A DNA stretch of 64,000 nt, taken from contig RHPI01000671.1 of the NCBI GenBank assembly GCA_009103225.1, forward strand, positions 65,531-129,530. Reading direction: 5' to 3'. This document shows positions 28,654 through 42,255 of the stretch, piece after piece. Position numbers and translations under genes: made by a program. Position 1 is the stretch's first letter; each line of letters opens with the position of its first letter. This DNA is from Chlorokybus atmophyticus (taxonomy: Eukaryota > Plantae > Mesostigma and Chlorokybus algae). The notes beneath the pieces were generated by a model. The model was not told the DNA's origin and searched no databases. It worked only from the letters and a program-made list of their open reading frames with translations.

Positions 28654-31096
28654 ATGGAGGCAGAGGTGCAGCGAGTAGCGTTGGGTTGGGTGGGTTGTGG
28701 TGGTGGAGTGGATGCTGGGTTGAGTGGTGGGGTGGATGTTGTGGGGGGGAAGAGGCAACAGCGAGATGAGGAGAGGGTGGGTGAAGGGGAGAGTGGGTGT
28801 GTGAAGGAGGAGGAGGAGGAGGAGGAGGAGGAGGAGGAAGAAGAGGAGGCGCTGAGCTCGCTGAGCGATGGAGCCAGCCTGCAGCTCTCTGCATGGGATG
28901 TGAGCACAGGGTGTACTCCTTGTGCATGTTGGGTTGAGATCACACTCGATTCACTACCGCATGAAGGCATTTGCTGCTGTTGTCAGCCTCTCTCTCACTG
29001 CGGAGACCAATAACACAAATGCGCACATACACAAGTGTGCACTTCCACTCTTACATAGGCGCACGCACACACATATGCACGCGCGCCTTGTCTTGTCTCT
29101 TTCACAACTTCCCTTGAACCATCATTATGTACAGGAACGCCATTGGTCCACCACCTTCTCCAACAATACCGCCTCTTCATCGCACACGCCACCCACAACA
29201 ACGACGCACACTACGCAGATACCCACCCCCACCCCACGCACGCAGCAGCAAGAGCAACAGGTCGAGAGCTACATGGCTCTACTCCTCCGGGACGATGATG
29301 ACATCGACGACATGCTTTTACACGACAACAACAATAACAGCAGTAAGAACAACAACAACAACAAGGATGGGAGCTCCTCAAGGAGGAAAAGCAGCCGCAG
29401 CAAGTCTCTGCTACTGGCGATGGTGATGGCTTCACTGCTGCCCAACGACGGACCAGACAACGACAACAACAACAACAACAACAACAACAACAGCAGCAGC
29501 AACAATAACAACAATGAGAACAATAACGATGGCAACAACAACAACAACAACAATGATGACAGCGTGGACTCGGTCCTTGCGGACTTTCTGCGGCGAATCG
29601 GTGTCAATCAAGCCAGCGCATTGTCGACCGGCGAGGACGGGAGCGATAAACGACACGATGCTGCACGGCAGGGGTGTACGCGCCGAGTGTTGCACATGAA
29701 GGAGGTGTGTGCGTTTGCGTTTGCGTGTGCGTGGGGGGTTGGAGGGGTTTAACCAATCATCTTCATACTGCTTGGCCACTCAGTTGATGCGACTGGGTGA
29801 CAGGCTTATGATGCGGTGATGGAGGCTTGTACCAGGGAAGAGGCGCGCCTCGTTGCATCGGTCGAACGCGTTGACAAGAACAACAATGCCACCACGAAAG
29901 AGAGGGTGAGTGCTGGACCCACTTCAAGATGCGGCGCCTGATGACTTTGTGTCATCACTACCACAACATCGTAACATCACACCAGCGCACACATGTGCGT
30001 GTATGCGTCTGTGTCTGTGTGTGCGCGTGCGTACGCACGTGTGCGTGGCACGTAAACAAAAACAGAAATCATGCACACGTACAGGTAGAGAGTGTGAGGA
30101 GGCGTTTTGAGCGTGTGAGAGAGCGGGCTCGGGAGGAGTTTACAGCTGGGCTTGAGGTGAACTGGAGTATGGTACAACAGGGAAATGAGACTCAAGTTTG
30201 TGACGAGTATGAACATGCACGCCACAATGGAGACGCGCAGGTGAGGTTCTTGATATATTTTGCATGTCCTACCATACCGTATATATGCAGCTATGTGGAG
30301 GTTGACACCCACTCGTGTGTGTGCACACACACGCACGCACACAGAGACCAACATACGCACGTGCGGACAAGCACACACATGTATGATGGTAACATACTTG
30401 GCGTGTGTGCAGGAGTCCACTTCGGAGCTGGGTGGCCACATAACAGACGACAACCCCGGTACACCAGAGCGACATCACCTCGAAGACGATTACAACAACG
30501 CGGGTGTAGCAAGCAGCAGCAACGCGAACGGGAAGACCTTGCCGCCGAGGGCGGTCGAGATCATGCGGGCGTGGTTCCACGAGCACTTCCAGTACCCGTG
30601 AGTGCTGTGTCACTCACTCGTGCCATCTGCTTTTGTCGAGGCGGGACGAGTTGTGTGTGTTGCTGATGTTGGCGTGTGGGTGGGATGTGCGAAAGGTATC
30701 CGACGCTGCTGGAGAAGAAGATGATGGCTGCACAATGCGGATTGCATACCAAACAGGTAGGGCAGTTCACCAACGCAGTAGTAGCGATGGGCACACAACA
30801 GCAGTCCCAGTGATGACATAGTCCATACAACAGTACACACACTCACCGAAATATCCTGCTGAGAGCTGTGCTCCCTACAACCAGCATTCGTTATACACAA
30901 CAGGTCAACGACTGGTTCGTCAACCAGCGCTCGCGAATGTGGAAGCCAACGGTGCGTTATACATAAAGCCTATGAATCATTTGGTGCAGCTTGGGCCCGA
31001 TGGGTTAGCGACCCGAGCTGTCGGTTGCAGGTCAAGGAGTTTCTGGAGAGGCAACAGGCCTTGGATGACGATGAAGATGACGAAGATGCAGGGTAG
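28654..31096 (+). CDS. TALE-class homeodomain transcription factor, BELL-like, with poly-Glu and poly-Asn tracts
   Basis: Four in-phase exons give GKTLPPRAVEIMRAWFHEHFQYPYPTLLEKKMMAAQCGLHTKQVNDWFVNQRSRMWKPTVKEF (PYP loop, WFxNxR helix 3, BELL-type WKP). The N-terminal exon structure is provisional. Confidence 0.85.
28805..28848 (+). repeat. (GAG/GAA)n microsatellite encoding poly-Glu
   Basis: Run of about 14 Glu codons in the first TALE exon. Confidence 0.9.
29457..29556 (+). repeat. (AAC)n microsatellite encoding poly-Asn
   Basis: Interrupted AAC runs inside the TALE gene ORF 28922-29752. Confidence 0.9.
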
Positions 31097-31827
31097 GGTG
31101 TGATAGTGGTATACTTGGTTGCTGAGTCTAATATCTATGGAGTGTTGTGCTGTCAACTTAAGCACTGTGCGCTCAGCGGCAAAAGGCGTTGCTGGGTGCA
31201 TTACATATCCAAGCAGTGAATGGTTGTCGCCGCATGGTCAATGTTACACATTCCAGGTATTGTACGCCTTGTATCAGGGTTTGTCACTTGTTTCGTCATG
31301 CCTCAGTCGTAAGTAGGTCAATCGCAACTGAACTTCATCTGTTGTCTGCAAGCTGTGTCCTCCACTGCCACAAGCTTGACTAGATAATATGAGCAACTTC
31401 CACCTTTGCAACACTGATACTGCTAATACTGCTGGATCTGGCACGCACAGAATTCCTACCATGATCACGCTGACGCCAGCTTAACGGGGCGACAGCCTGC
31501 AGGTGAATGCATCCAGCAGATCCCCCCCCCCTCCCTGCGCATGCACACGTGAACGTGCATGACAGGACACATAGCTTTAAGAGATATGCACTTTGTGAAT
31601 GTAGCCTGCACTTATAACACAATCAAATGAACACAACTAGCATACGACACGCAGTATTAGTGCTTGAACGCACTCGCACACACTACAACACAACAAGCAA
31701 ACTCAGCAACGGGTGATCCACGATACCACAGTCAAGAATGTTGTACAACGGGATGAAGGATGGACAAGTGTACCTCTACCTCAAGCACCCGCCTCACATC
31801 GAACACTTGCAGCACTGCGTGATGCTT

Positions 31828-33790
31828 TTAAGCTGCCGCAGCCAGAATGTGGAGGCCGCGAAGGTACAATGGCGTTGGGGCTGAGGGCTCCCCATCGCCA
31901 CTTGATGGAGAATGAGATGGTGAGAAAGGCCAGTGCTGTCTGAGAGTGGACAAAGCGCACAACACGGTTGTGAGAGCCCATGCAGTGGCGCACGCAATGG
32001 CGCAGACGACAGTTAGGGAGGCCGCGCAGCACATGCCGAGGCCGAATAGGAAGGCCGTCGCGACGCTGAGGGCCACCATGGACATGGCCATCACGGAGAG
32101 CATGGCGGGGCCGGCGAAGACGGTGACGGCGATCACGGCAAGCGTCCACACCAGCTTTGCAAATGACTGACGGGAGTAGTCGCCGCCAAACCCCGATGAA
32201 GCTGCAGGCGGGGGATCCAGGCTGGGAGGCGCGCGCTGCTTGCGACGGAGCAGCAGCGTCACGTACTGCCACGCGGAGTGCAGGCGAGCCAGGCGCGGGT
32301 TGGCGAACAATGCGGCCTTGTCGTGCTCCGCGCACTGTGGGCTTGTCACGTAGCCCGGAGGCAGGACTTGGGCCAGGGCTCTCGGCACCTGCAGATCCAG
32401 CTGCTGCGTACATTCTCCATCAGCAACTGGCCGTATGGAGTCCGAATGGTCTCCATCAGCCAGAGATAGCACCTGCAAAGACAGGTGTATGCATCAGTGC
32501 GGTTGCCCTGCAGTGTGACCATCGCATGTACCGTGTCAACACATGATAATCATGTCGCATGCATCGCAGCTGATGTCTGGGGAAGGAACTTACCGATGCT
32601 GAGGGTGTAATGTCCAAGTAGCTGCCATCCTCGATAGCCATGTCAGGTGAGCTCGCACTTTCCCATTCAACGGAAGAGCTCAATTCGCCATAGCTGTTGG
32701 TAGTGTGCAACGTGCCGTGGTTTGTGTCACCACATTCAGACCGCGTGCATGACTCCATACCAGTAATGGGGACTTCCAGCACGTGCAGATTCACCAACGG
32801 TCGCCCTGCAGATAAGGCGCAGCAGTTAGTCGTTACAAGCATCAGCGCACTGTGACCAGAGTGAAGCAAAGGTAACCATAACAGTAACTGCTGCTTAGTG
32901 TGCACCCGTGCCTGAGCCCCGGAGGTTAACAGGTGAGATGTGCCTGCGGTTGTGGTGAGATTGGTTGTTGGTTGCCTTGGAGCGCTTGGAGTGCTGCTGC
33001 GCTTTGTGTTGGCTGAGCTGCGTAAGGTCCTCGCTGCTGCTGCTCGATGGGCTGCCATCACCAAAGATGGAAAGCATGCCGCCTCGGCGCTGGGTTGCTT
33101 GGGAAGAAGGTGAGATCATGCTGAAGCAACCGTTCCGCCTGATGCAGCATACCAAGTCAGCACTGCTAACAAGTGCATACGTGGTCGGAATGAAGCTGAC
33201 CAACCTGCCCATGTCTCCACCGTAGCTCCAGCTGTCCATGTCTGCAATGGAAACCAGGCTAGTGCCAGCTCGCATTGCAGACAGGCTCGAACCTTCAAGT
33301 TACAACTCTTGCAGACAGCAATGAGGTGTTCTGGAAAGCCCAAGCCAACTCAGTGCGTCACCTTGAGAAAGTTCAACTAACCCATCCACCGTGCAAGCCA
33401 CAACCCAGTGCACAGTAGCCACCGCACGGCCAGCTTTAACCTGCAAGCCACTCAAAGTCACATGCCAACAACAATGCGCACGTGTGCAATGCACTTGGTT
33501 GCTGCTGCGTGTGTCGGTACGCTGGTGATGGCTAAGCACTGATAAAGCAAAACTAGCTGCATGCAAGCTTCCAGGCAAAGTCAGTCGGAGGAAAAAACGG
33601 GTTACGCATGCGCAGCAGAGCAATTTAACATTTGCCACTTAACATCCAAGTACCGTTTAACACGCAACACAACGCTTGATGAGCGCAATGACGTGCTGCT
33701 GGAGCAGCTGACACACTCCGGCGTTCCAATCAAGTTTTCCTCCTACGGAAGACCAACAATACGACAGCACCTACCAGCCAGTCCTAAAGC
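31828..33790 (-). CDS. Hypothetical protein with a very long C-terminal hydrophobic segment
   Basis: Consecutive minus-strand ORFs/exons (32895-33275, about 32590-32810, 31828-32478) with AG/GT boundaries. The last exon has 71 uncharged residues. The start codon was not resolved. Confidence 0.45.
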
Positions 33791-34195
33791 AATCTCAACG
33801 CCATGCAAACGTCAGCCAATCCCGAGGCAAGGCGCACCCACCTAGAACACCCTAGCGGCCGCAGTCCTCACCGGTAGCTGAAGGCGGACGCCCCGAGGCG
33901 GGGAAAACTTCAATGCACCCCAGCAACGTATTTTACCACACCACAACAAAACCCACACGACAAAAACGCCTCCACTCCACCCTAAACGCTCCCCCAACCT
34001 CACCTCCCCCGCCACCTCTAGCTCCCCCGCCGCCGCCGCTCCTCAACACGTGAAGCTCAGGCCTACTCTGCGCTACTCTGCTGTGCTCAGGCGCCAGGTC
34101 GTGCCTATCCTGACACCTGCTGCCTGCCCGTCCCCCCGTGCTGCCTGCTGCCTTGTGCGTCAACCGCACAACAGCGCACAAGCTCGCGCGGCAGC

Positions 34196-34235
34196 TTAGG
34201 GTTTGAATGCGAAGTGGGCAGCGTTGGTTTCCCGC
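34196..34235 (+). promoter_or_regulatory. Telo-box plus E2F site upstream of RPA1
   Basis: TTAGGGTTT (reverse telo-box) at 34196-34204 and a perfect TTTCCCGC(C) E2F consensus at 34228-34235, about 245-285 bp upstream of the RPA1 ATG. This fits an S-phase gene. Confidence 0.6.
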
Positions 34236-34479
34236 CAAGCAGGGCGGTGTGCAGGCGGCGGCGGCCGAGGTGAGGGTGGAGGTGCAGGTGGAGGTGGGAC
34301 TGGAAGCGGAGTGTGATTTTTGGAGGAGAGGCTGTCATAGGTCAAGTTGTGGTGCTGGTGCGAGCTTGCAGTTGGAGTTGGAGAAGCAAGGGGTTGGCGT
34401 TGAGGAGGTGTGAAACGGGCGGCAGCTGGCGGCAGCTGGCGTTACGCCCAACGCTGCTGCCGCCGCAGCACGTCACGGC

Positions 34480-37400
34480 ATGGCCAACGTTGCGTTGACC
34501 CCCAACGCTGTCGCCAGGATCAACGGCGGCGAGGTGGAGTTCAAGCCTTATGTTCAGGTAAGCGCAGGGCTAGGGATGACTGGTTCAACAGCACCATACA
34601 CGTAGTTCTCTTTTTCTGTATGCTACAGTGCTGGTTAATGTACACGGAATCATACAGCAGTCTTGGTGCCTGTCAACCCGTAGTGCGCATACTTGACAAT
34701 GGTGACGGCACAGCGAACCGGTCGCAGCATGGGTCATTACTAGGCTTGAGCAGCAAGGTAGTGACAGAGTTGGAGGCACTGCGCGTTATATTGTGCGTTC
34801 GTTGCATAGCTTTATCACAATCAAGGTATACCTGCATTGTTGTAGTCGTTTAAGTGCATGTTGCAGCAATGGACTGTACTGTACTGTACTCATCGTCAAA
34901 CACAGGGATTCCATTGCGAGTTTTGTTCTTGTCGAGTAAAAACAGGCGCCAGAGTATGTGTAACAGGGGTGTGAGTAAGATAAGTGACCTTACTGCTCTT
35001 GTGCAGGTCATAGACGTGAAGCGGATTGGTGCAGCGGGTGGCGCTGGGAACCCCACGGAGAGGTACAGGTTACAACTGTCGGATGGGCAGTACTCGCAGC
35101 AGGGTATGCTCGCGACGCAGTTGAACCATCACGTTCAGAGCAACGCTGTCAAGCCTGGAACCGTGCTGCAGCTTGACGAGTTCATATGCAACACCGTTCA
35201 GAACCGCAGGTGCGCCTTGCATGTCAGTATTTGCTTTGCTCAAGTCTGGAATACTGTTTTCAACGTGTTTGCGTGCTCACATGGGTTTGTTATATAGCTG
35301 ATGCTTGTTCTTTTTAGGGTCATAATCATCCTCAGCCTAACGGTGGTTGCGGATCTGGAAGGCATCATTGGTAACCCTCAACCTTTATCAAATGACGGCA
35401 CACCAGCAGCGGCGCCGGCTGCGGCACCACCGCGCGCTGCACCTCCACCAGTCATGGAGCAGAAGCCTTTCCCGAATGGGCCTCCCGCAGGGAATGGAGG
35501 CTATGGCGGCGGGTATGCCAGCAGCAATGGGCCGCATGCAAACGGTGCAGCGGGCGGAGGGTATGCAGGCAGCTCATACGGTGGTGGTGCTGGTGCTGGT
35601 TACTCAAACGGCCCTTACGGTGCATCGCCTGCTCAGCCATCCGCTAGTGGTGCATATGGCAGTGCGTATGGCGACTCAACAGTTCCCCCACCGATGTACG
35701 GCCAGAACCGAGCACCTATTGCACGCAATCAAGCGCCAGCTGCCATCACCCCAATAAGAAATCTCAACCCATACCAGAATCGGTGGACAATACAGGTACA
35801 TCACTTCTTGGCTGCCCAACAGTTGGTGTTCCATGCTTCTCACGCAGTTCTCGTCTCCAATTGGTGGATGTTGAAGCATTAGCCGTAACCTCTTCATTGC
35901 AATGCAGGCACGTGTTGCAGCCAAGAGTGACATACGAAGGTATCACAATGCCAAAGGCGAAGGAAAGCTCGCCAGCGTTGACTTTGTAGACTCGGAATCT
36001 TGGGACATGCGAGCCACCATGTTTAATGACGCCGTTGACAAGTACTACGACATGCTAGAAGTGGGACGCATCTACTTCGTGTCCAAAGCCCAGCTAAAAC
36101 CTGCTAAGCGGGAGTTCAGCAACTGCAAAGCAGAGTACGAGATGACTTTCGACAACAACACTATGGTCGAGCCTTGCCCAGACTCAGACGACATCCCAAG
36201 GCAAACTTTCGAGCTGAAACCCATCAGCGTGATTGAGAACGCTGCCGCAGGTGAAATCCTAGATGTTATGGGTGTGGTTACAAGCATCAGCCAGGTGCAG
36301 AGCATACAGCGTAAGAACGGCCAGGAGACAACCAAGCAGACTATGCAGATCCTTGACCAGTCTGCTCGATCTGTTGAGATCTGCTTATGGGGAGACAAGT
36401 GCTTGAAAGACGGCGCCAAGATTGAAGGCATGATGAACGCTGGTGAGCGACCGATTATCGCTGTCAAGGCGGGTCGCATTAGTGACTTCAACGGCAGGTC
36501 TGTGGGCACCATCTCCTCAACGCAGATATCGATCAATCCGGATCTGCCTGCAGCCGCGCAGTTGCGTTCGTGGTATGACAGCAACGGCGCTTCAGCGATC
36601 CAGTCTGCTGTCAACTTGACTCACGTCTCGGGGGGCGGCACGGGAAGTGGAGTGGAGCTGCGCAAGTTTGTTGCACAGATCAAGGCTGAGCTTGGGCAAG
36701 GCGAGAAGCCGGACTGGGTGACGATTGTGGGCACCCTCACCTTTATGAAGGTAGACAGCATGAGCTACCCTGCCTGTCCAGAGAAGATCGGCGACAAGAA
36801 CTGCAATAAGAAGCTGCAAGATCAGGGCAACGGCACCTGGTACTGCGAACGATGCAGCAAGACTGTGACCGAAGCAACCAGACGCTACATCCTGAGCGCG
36901 TCTGTTTCTGATTGCACGGGTGCAGACTGGATCACAGCGTTTGACGAGGCTGGCACAGAAATGTTTGGGGTTGATGCCAACACCATGCACGAATGGAACA
37001 TCAACAAGGATCCGCGCTTTGCCGCTGCGTTGGACGATGTCAACTTCAAGTTGCGGACCTGGAAGCTTAAGGTTAAGCAGGAGACCTACAATGACGAGAC
37101 GCGCATTAAGAACACACTCGTCAAGAGCGAGCTCGTCAAGTTCGCCGCGGAGAGCGAAAGGATGCTGGACAACATTCAGCGCCTGCAAGCCAACCAGCCT
37201 GTCTACCAGAGCGTGAGCACGAGCAACGCTGCAGCAGCACCCGCAGCCTCATACGGCGGGTACAATCAGGACACCTATGGCACCAGCACGGCAACGCCCA
37301 CTGCAGCTTATGCTGGAGCTGGAGGATACGCTGCAAGCGGATATGGTGGTGGCGCCAGCAATGGCCCCGCGTATGGTGGTGGTGGCGGCGGCGCTGCCGG

Positions 37401-37975
37401 CGGTGGCGCTGCCGACGGCGGCAATAAGTGTTACAAATGCCAGCAACCTGGTCATTGGGCCAGAGACTGCCCGAATGCGGGGGGTAGCGGCGCCGGGACT
37501 TCGGGCGGGGGCTATGGTGGCGGAGGCTACAGCGGTGGCGGTGGCGGCGGGTATGGTGGTGGTGGGGGNNNNNNNNNNNNNNNNNNNNNNNNNNNNNNNN
37601 NNNNNNNNNNNNNNNNNNNNNNNNNNNNNNNNNNNNNNNNNNNNNNNNNNNNNNNNNNNNNNNNNNNNNNNNNNNNNNNNNNNNNNNNNNNNNNNNNNNN
37701 NNNNNNNNNNNNNNNNNNNNNNNNNNNNNNNNNNNNNNNNNNNNNNNNNNNNNNNNNNNNNNNNNNNNNNNGGGGGCGGAGGTGGTGGTGGCGGTGGTGG
37801 AGGTGGTGCTGGTGGTGGGAGTTGTTTCAAGTGCGGGGGGACGGGCCACTGGGCAAGGGATTGCCCGCAAGGTGGGGGCGGGGGTGGGGGCGGAAGCAGA
37901 GGGGGCGGGTATGGTGGGGGTGGCTATGGTGGAGGCGGAGGTGGCGGTTACGGCAGCTATGGGAAAGGGTACTGA
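34480..37975 (+). CDS. RPA1: Replication protein A 70-kDa subunit with Gly-rich C-terminal extension carrying CCHC zinc knuckles (RPA1C/E-like)
   Basis: DBD-F (YRLQLSDG), [25 protein letters not shown], Zn-binding DBD-C (YPACP...CNKK...CERC), then [14 protein letters not shown] and [14 protein letters not shown] in GGY repeats. An assembly gap interrupts the tail. Confidence 0.95.
37569..37771. other. Assembly gap (203 N) inside the Gly-rich RPA1 tail
   Basis: N run flanked by GGN repeats. Confidence 0.99.
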
Positions 37976-38993
37976 TTACCGTGCTGCCGTGTTGATTGTA
38001 GTCTTGTACAGAATACTGAAAGTTTGCCATTGTAAGCACCATTTTGCACAACAGTAATCACAGCATGAGCTGCACCACGAGTCGCAGAGAGCTTGACAAG
38101 CAAGAGTGCTTCTTGTTTGCAAATGCATGACTGTCCACGCGCGCAGTTACTTGGCGGCTTCCTACATCGTTTTGCTGTGTTGCCAGCAACCTTTGCACAA
38201 AACCTTTGCATGGACATCAGTTGATGATCTAGTATGGCACAAGACCATCAAGAAACAAATCAGTTCATACTAACTCCTGCCCCATGCCAGATCAGCGACT
38301 CATGCAAGGCAAGCATACTATCGTGCCACAGACTATCCGTCGTTTTATCAAATACCAAGTGGGCAGCAACGAAAATATCAACCCCTATTCGCAACGTGTG
38401 AGTATGGATTTTCCCCCCATTGAAAGCACAAAAAGCCCTAACCGTAACTTAATGAAGTATGGTCGCGGGGGTTCTACCGAAAATTGATAAATAAATCAAA
38501 GATACAAGTGGCGGGTAGTCCCTGGCACTACGGTAGTGCTGTTTGCTGTGTATCTGTCACACAGTACCGCGCATATTCACACAGATTCAACCACAATAGC
38601 ATGGACATGGAGATGAATGTGATGTAAGTTACCTTCGGCAACTGCAGTACTTGTGTGGACAACACCACGTGTGCAGCGCTGTCAACATTACCTAGTGATA
38701 TACCCAACATGTATAGGATATAGTATTGAGACTGCAAGTATGTCAATAAGCACATCACGCATTGGCGGAGCTAATGCAACACTTATCGTACAAATGCAAC
38801 CATGAATACCGCGCTAGAGACAGGCAAGAGTCAGAAGGAAGCTAGATACACCACGACATCTGACAAAACCAAGCTAGCCTAGCTCGTTCTACAAAACGCC
38901 AAGTGAGCAACAACAATGGATATGGACAAACAAATGGCAAGGAATCTACAACACCACAATGGCCGCAATCATTTGCGCCGCTCATCGCAGCAA

Positions 38994-41900
38994 TCACAGG
39001 AACCGCCACAGCGACTCCGGAGGCGTAGTCGCTTTGAATTGTGCGTAGCGGCTACATAGCACGTACTCGATCGGCAGCAGCACAAGGCCCCAAACAGGCA
39101 ACACCCACGGCAGCGCGCCAACGTACGTGTGACCCTGAGAAACCAAAACGACATATGAACACATGCAAAACTGGCATGCAAGCAGTTGATGCAACAGGAC
39201 GAGCACAACGCCAGCGCAAGTGCTGTGCTGGAGCGGTACCAGAATGCGGTAGGAAGCATATGACAGCACGATGATGACATGAAAGTGGGTCAAGTAGAAT
39301 AGCAGAGGTGCGCGTCCAAACTCCAACAGCGGCTTGAACACCACCCGCTCACCCACACCTGGCACAAAAGCCAACATCATGACGCACGCTGCTCCTCACT
39401 CCGTCCATGCTATAACAAAGCACACATGCAGTCCTTGCATGCTATTGAGACCACACCCTTCTACTCACTACCACTTACCAATAGCCCAGAGGATATACAG
39501 TGAGACGAAGCTCTGCCCAAGCGTGAGCATCATGTACGCAATGCTCGGCGGGTACTTGCAGACATTGAGGAACGCGACGAGTGGGTTGACATCGCGTCCT
39601 TCTCCAAGGGGCCACCCGCGCAAGGAGAACGCACGCCCGCCTGCGAGACGCACCGCCGCGAAAGCCGCGAGGAAGACGACGCCCAGCGCGAGACAGCGTG
39701 CGTGGGCGCGACGAGCCGCCTCGGAGGTGGTGGAGGCTCCGGCAAACCAGCCGGACACGGACACGCCAACCAGACAGGCCGGTAGCCATGCCATCACCGG
39801 GTATTCCTGTAGGAAGTGACAAGAGGTTACGTTCAGTTGTGCACAAGTTTGTGCATGAAGCTACTTTGCAATTGAGAAACAATGCACTTGTATAAAAAAG
39901 TATACATTCCATTCCGCTTAAGCATACTTGGCAGGGAGGTAACGCAAGCATAGGACCACACCAACAGCAAGCAAAACAGAACCTGCTGGATGTTAGCTGA
40001 AATGTCCAAGCCCCTGAGTTTGTGCGAAATTCCTAGGCAATTCGTGAGCTGCGATCAGCAAAACCAAGGTGGATCACTGACCCAAGAAGTAGGAATAGGT
40101 CCAAATGTCCCGGGCAGCATGAAGATTCTCTCAATGATTGTTGGTGTTGTGACCGAGTCATCGCAATATCTGAGTCAAAAGATTGAATGCGGGTGAGAGT
40201 CTGGCTTAACTTGGATGTTTTCATGGAGTCAAGGAATGCTTTATTCGCCCATCAAGCTTTTGACCAACTCACATGGAATGCGGTGTGACATCGCAAGCGT
40301 GGACCGGGTCAGGCCCCTGCGCTTGGACGGCAACAACCTGCGTAACAATAGACGCCGCGACTGCGCACAGTGCCGACACCACAGTCGTCGCAGACATCTT
40401 CTCTCCACTGCAAAAAGAAACACAAGATCAACAACAAGTGCATGTGCGAGCGACCTCATATTCTATGCACGCACATGCACAGAACACGCTCGCTATATGC
40501 GCGTGTTTGTGGTATGTCTCCACGGTGGCTCCAACATTGCAGGACAACCAAGACAACATTTACCGCACACGGAGAGATGGAAGCATGTCTGTGACAGCGA
40601 CAAGCAGAGCGGTGGCAATCATTTGCACTCCAAGGGAGACCAGTATCTGCGATGCCAAATGCATTAGCAGCTGCCATGCAGCACACACACATCACACACT
40701 TGGTGTATGATGCTATGCTAACTGTATTGTGAACGCATGCGGTGTAACAACACCTGCTTACCTGCAGGAAGCCCAGATATATTCTCCATAAGGGTTGCGT
40801 CGGATCCATCCAGCCGCTGCCAAATCCCGCCGCAGTGAGTTGAACACACAAAGTTTAACTGCATGAAACACGCGAACACCAAACAGAAGATGCTTACAGC
40901 GGCAGTCTCAGCACCATCGCTGTAAAAAAGAAGCTGTTCGCCACAAGGCCCATGACGATCAACACTGCAACCAACAGTTGTTTGTATCTAATGTACATAC
41001 AACTCGGCGCAATCTCATTGATTGCGTATAACACATGTGCGCTTACACATGCCACGCACGATAAGAAACTGCAGGATGCGACGGTCTGACCAGCCTGCGC
41101 GCTCCCTTGACCTCTGCAAGCCAGACAACCGATGCATCACAACTTCATCGGCTCCCCGCACCATGCATGTGTAGCAAACGCTAGTTTACCACACAAGTAC
41201 TACACCCACCTTCAAAAGCACGATACCCACACCCATCAGCATTGAGAACGCCGTCGCGCATATGTGGCTGCGTGTAGTCAGAGTCAATTGGAGTTCATCA
41301 ACTTCAATGAATATATATAATGATGCTAACTACACGCAAAGTTGTTAATGCCAACTACACGCATCCTGGAGCAAAACACACACACCTCACAAAGCGACTG
41401 AAGAAGTACGGGAACGATCCGTTGAACATCTCCAGAGGGCCTTGCCAGCCTTGGCTGATCGTCAAAGGGTAGACTTCAATCAAGTTGTGTTTGCGTGCTG
41501 TGTGAATGGACTCAACCATGAATTCAACTTACGAGTGGTGTGCGGGAGCTCCGTCAGGTCCCGTGTCGGCCCCCGAGTTGTTGGTGAGTATGTGCGTGCA
41601 GTGGTCCCATGCCATAATGACCACAACAAGACCCCTGCAACGTATCACAGCAAGTCCAACTGAATCACCCCATACTGATCACACATCGCTGACAATACAC
41701 AATTACAAGCTTGCAAAGTCCCCACACTGTGAGTAAGCAACTATTGGCATTAGGGCAACAACATGACGGCACCTCAGTGCGTCCAGTGAAGCGAGCCGCT
41801 GAGACGCTATCTTTCTTGTTGTCGGCAGAAGCAGCGCTTCCTCTGTCCCTGCTTTTATCGATGCATGTGACAACCGTTGCATGCAATCTTAGTTTGATTG

Positions 41901-42255
41901 TGTGCCAGTCATCTGCATGGGCATCAACTGGTGAACAAGAAAAGCAAGTCGCAGTCTCACCTGCGGCGACATCCTCTTTTTCCAGCAGAGGCGCTTGCAG
42001 GTTGGCGTCTGTAGCTGAGTACGAGGAAGATGTTCGTGAGATCGCAGCTATTGTAGACGCCAGCCAGCACACATGCGCATGCATGCAAACAAGGCATTGG
42101 GCAAACTGCAGTTTGAGACACAAGCTTGACATCACCGTTGCTCACGAGCCGCTCGCACCAACCACTTACTCAGTTAGGCCAGAACCAGCATGCGCCCATG
42201 CTGAACTACACACTTTAGCTGGGGGGTGTTTGGCATATATACCTTCCGTGGCCAT
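38994..42255 (-). CDS. DUF1624 / heparan-alpha-glucosaminide N-acetyltransferase-like polytopic membrane protein
   Basis: Spliced RLASLDALRGLVVVIMAWDH, SHICATAFSMLMGVG, FLNVCKYPPSIAYMMLTLG, FGRAPLLFYLTH and C-terminal CSRYAQFKATTPPESLWRFL. Confidence 0.85.
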
